Virus record (IMG/VR): IMGVR_UViG_3300020577_001726 | Location: 7,251-71,250 of that record | DNA length: 64,000 nucleotides | Reading direction: 5' to 3' (one strand) | DNA from: a virus | Lineage: Duplodnaviria; Caudoviricetes | In this document: positions 62,753 to 64,000 of the stretch, in pieces | How the letters are laid out: each line of letters begins with the position of its first letter | Numbering within the stretch: position 1 is the stretch's first letter | Program-made: the position numbers and the translations under genes | Notes under the pieces: generated by a model | Databases searched by the model: none | What the model saw: only the letters and a program-made list of their open reading frames with translations | Told to the model about the DNA's origin: nothing

Positions 62753-62788
62753 GTCCTGTGTACCGCCCCGACGGGCGGTACACAGGAC
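62753..62788. repeat. Perfect 16-bp inverted repeat
   Basis: GTCCTGTGTACCGCCC-CGAC-GGGCGGTACACAGGAC, flanked by direct AGTGAACG repeats. Confidence 0.9.
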
Positions 62789-62805
62789 GTAGTGAACGAG
62801 TTGTA

Positions 62806-63123
62806 TTACATGTTGGCCGATTTGACGGAGCTGGGCCAGCCCTTGATCGCCGCTTGCTTGGCGATCCAGTGGGCCTTGGTCCGAGCCTTCTGCTCGTCAG
62901 CGTCCATGATGGTGTGCTTGATCTTGCCGTTGATCAGCACGTTGAAGCAGTACACCTTGGGTTCCGGGGCGTTGATGCCCGGAACGTTGTCGCTCGGAGG
63001 CGGCGTGAGCGTGAAATCGTGCTTGGGTTCTTGCGCATTGTGAGCGCAGTCGGCCAGCATCTGGTTGAAGTTACGGCACAGCGTTTCGAGTTGCAGTTGC
63101 TTTTGCTTTTGCTTCGCGTTCAT
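62806..63123 (-). CDS. Hypothetical early protein
   Basis: 105 aa; RBS AAGGA; biased codon use. Confidence 0.65.
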   Translation of the reverse strand: MNAKQKQKQLQLETLCRNFNQMLADCAHNAQEPKHDFTLTPPPSDNVPGINAPEPKVYCFNVLINGKIKHTIMDADEQKARTKAHWIAKQAAIKGWPSSVKSANM

Positions 63124-63154
63124 GTCAATGTTCCTTCAGGTTGAGTTGCAGGGT

Positions 63155-63409
63155 TTAAATCTTCTGCACAACGATGATGCGCGAGGTCATATCGACTGCG
63201 TCCTTGGGAACGCTGTTGCCGATCTGTTGATTTGGCGAACGGAGTCCAGACTTGAGGCCAGCCCAGAACGACGTTGTTGCGTCCTTGGCACCCTTGCTGC
63301 CACGCACAACGCCCTTGCCCGCAGCCACTGCGCCACGCTTCACCGAGGACGCGGCCGCATTGAGCGTAGCACCCACCACCACACCATTGTTGTATGCACG
63401 ATCAGCCAT
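63155..63409 (-). CDS. Hypothetical early protein (first gene of the - arm)
   Basis: 84 aa; RBS AGGAG; Ala/Gly/Val-rich. Confidence 0.6.
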   Translation of the reverse strand: MADRAYNNGVVVGATLNAAASSVKRGAVAAGKGVVRGSKGAKDATTSFWAGLKSGLRSPNQQIGNSVPKDAVDMTSRIIVVQKI

Positions 63410-63436
63410 GATCTAAGCTCCTAAGTATGAGTCATC

Positions 63437-63475
63437 GTAGACTCTGTTGTATTGAATATTCAGTACAACGTCTAC
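63437..63475. repeat. Near-perfect hairpin upstream of the first early gene
   Basis: GTAGAC(TCT)GTTGTATTGAA-TA-TTCAGTACAACGTCTAC. Confidence 0.75.
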
Positions 63476-63557
63476 AAAGAAACTCAGGACACGGAGCGGA
63501 GCGACGTGGGGGTTGGGGGATGTTGTTTTCGAATGGCCCTGAAACCGAATCCGAAGT

Positions 63558-63975
63558 GGGGTAGTGGGTTAGGGGTTGAGGGGGAGGGTACTATGAGGTG
63601 GACAAACACCAAAAAATTTAGTTTTTTAGCCCCTAAATGTATCACAAGTGAAATCCTTACAGCCTTACAGCTTATCTGTAAGAGTTGTAAGGATTTCACT
63701 TGTGATACTTGGCATTTGTAGGTGTTTGTCCTACAGAAATAGAAAACTTCAGAGCAACTAAATTACGTTGTACTAAGTCTTCTCAGGAGCTTAAGAAAAT
63801 GCACCAAAAAGGTGCAAATGTATCACAAGTGACTTGTGACATCAGTGGTATCCTTACAAGTCCTTACAGATTACTGTAATGGATACAGCCCTACAACCAC
63901 GCGGGATTCCAGGTAGCACAAGGGGGGGGGTATACCTACCCTGTAAAGTTAGTAGCAAAAAAAAAAAAAAAAATA
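63558..63975. other. Putative origin / genome-terminus region
   Basis: Non-coding; G-tracts, palindromes, a 17-bp direct repeat, CCTTACA repeats, G9 and A17 runs. Confidence 0.45.
63639..63708. repeat. Long palindrome (23-bp perfect arms plus inner 7-bp arms)
   Basis: GTATCACAAGTGAAATCCTTACA ... TGTAAGGATTTCACTTGTGATAC; inner CTTACAG/CTGTAAG. Confidence 0.9.
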
Positions 63976-64000
63976 AATTTTCTACATATAAGTTTCCGAC

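Noticed and set aside
1-64000. Stop-codon reassignment
   Set aside because: Long conserved genes are intact under the standard code, TAA/TGA/TAG all end genes, and there is no suppressor tRNA.

Overview
Almost the whole genome of a tailed dsDNA phage with a podovirus-like gene set, cut inside the major capsid gene. No terminase, portal or scaffold gene lies in the window. Two convergent arms meet at a bidirectional terminator near 30.82 kb. The + arm (1-30.8 kb) holds an N4-gp56-like major capsid protein, an adaptor, a lysis cassette (GH19 endolysin, holin candidates, Rz/Rz1), a tail/fibre module containing an HslV-like Ntn protease and three tandem paralogues, and a nozzle-like protein. It then has three large internal-virion proteins (the 2541-aa one carries an ART-PolyVal-like domain with insertions and an HExxH zincin) and class II RNR between two endonucleases. 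The - arm (30.9-63.4 kb) holds early and replication genes: family A DNA polymerase, SF2 helicase, primase-SF3 helicase, Cas4-like nuclease, dNMP kinase, DEDDh exonuclease, TraR/DksA, GP88, MoxR AAA+ with VWA partner, YspA-type SLOG and many small ORFs. It also carries 9 tRNA genes, including a rare tRNA-Ile(UAU), plus several tRNA-like or multibranch non-coding RNA candidates. The window ends in a palindrome/G-tract/homopolymer region resembling an origin or genome terminus. No RNA polymerase, integrase, CRISPR array or reverse transcriptase was seen. All family assignments and RNA folds are by-eye motif recognition and GC remarks are visual; nothing was computed or searched.
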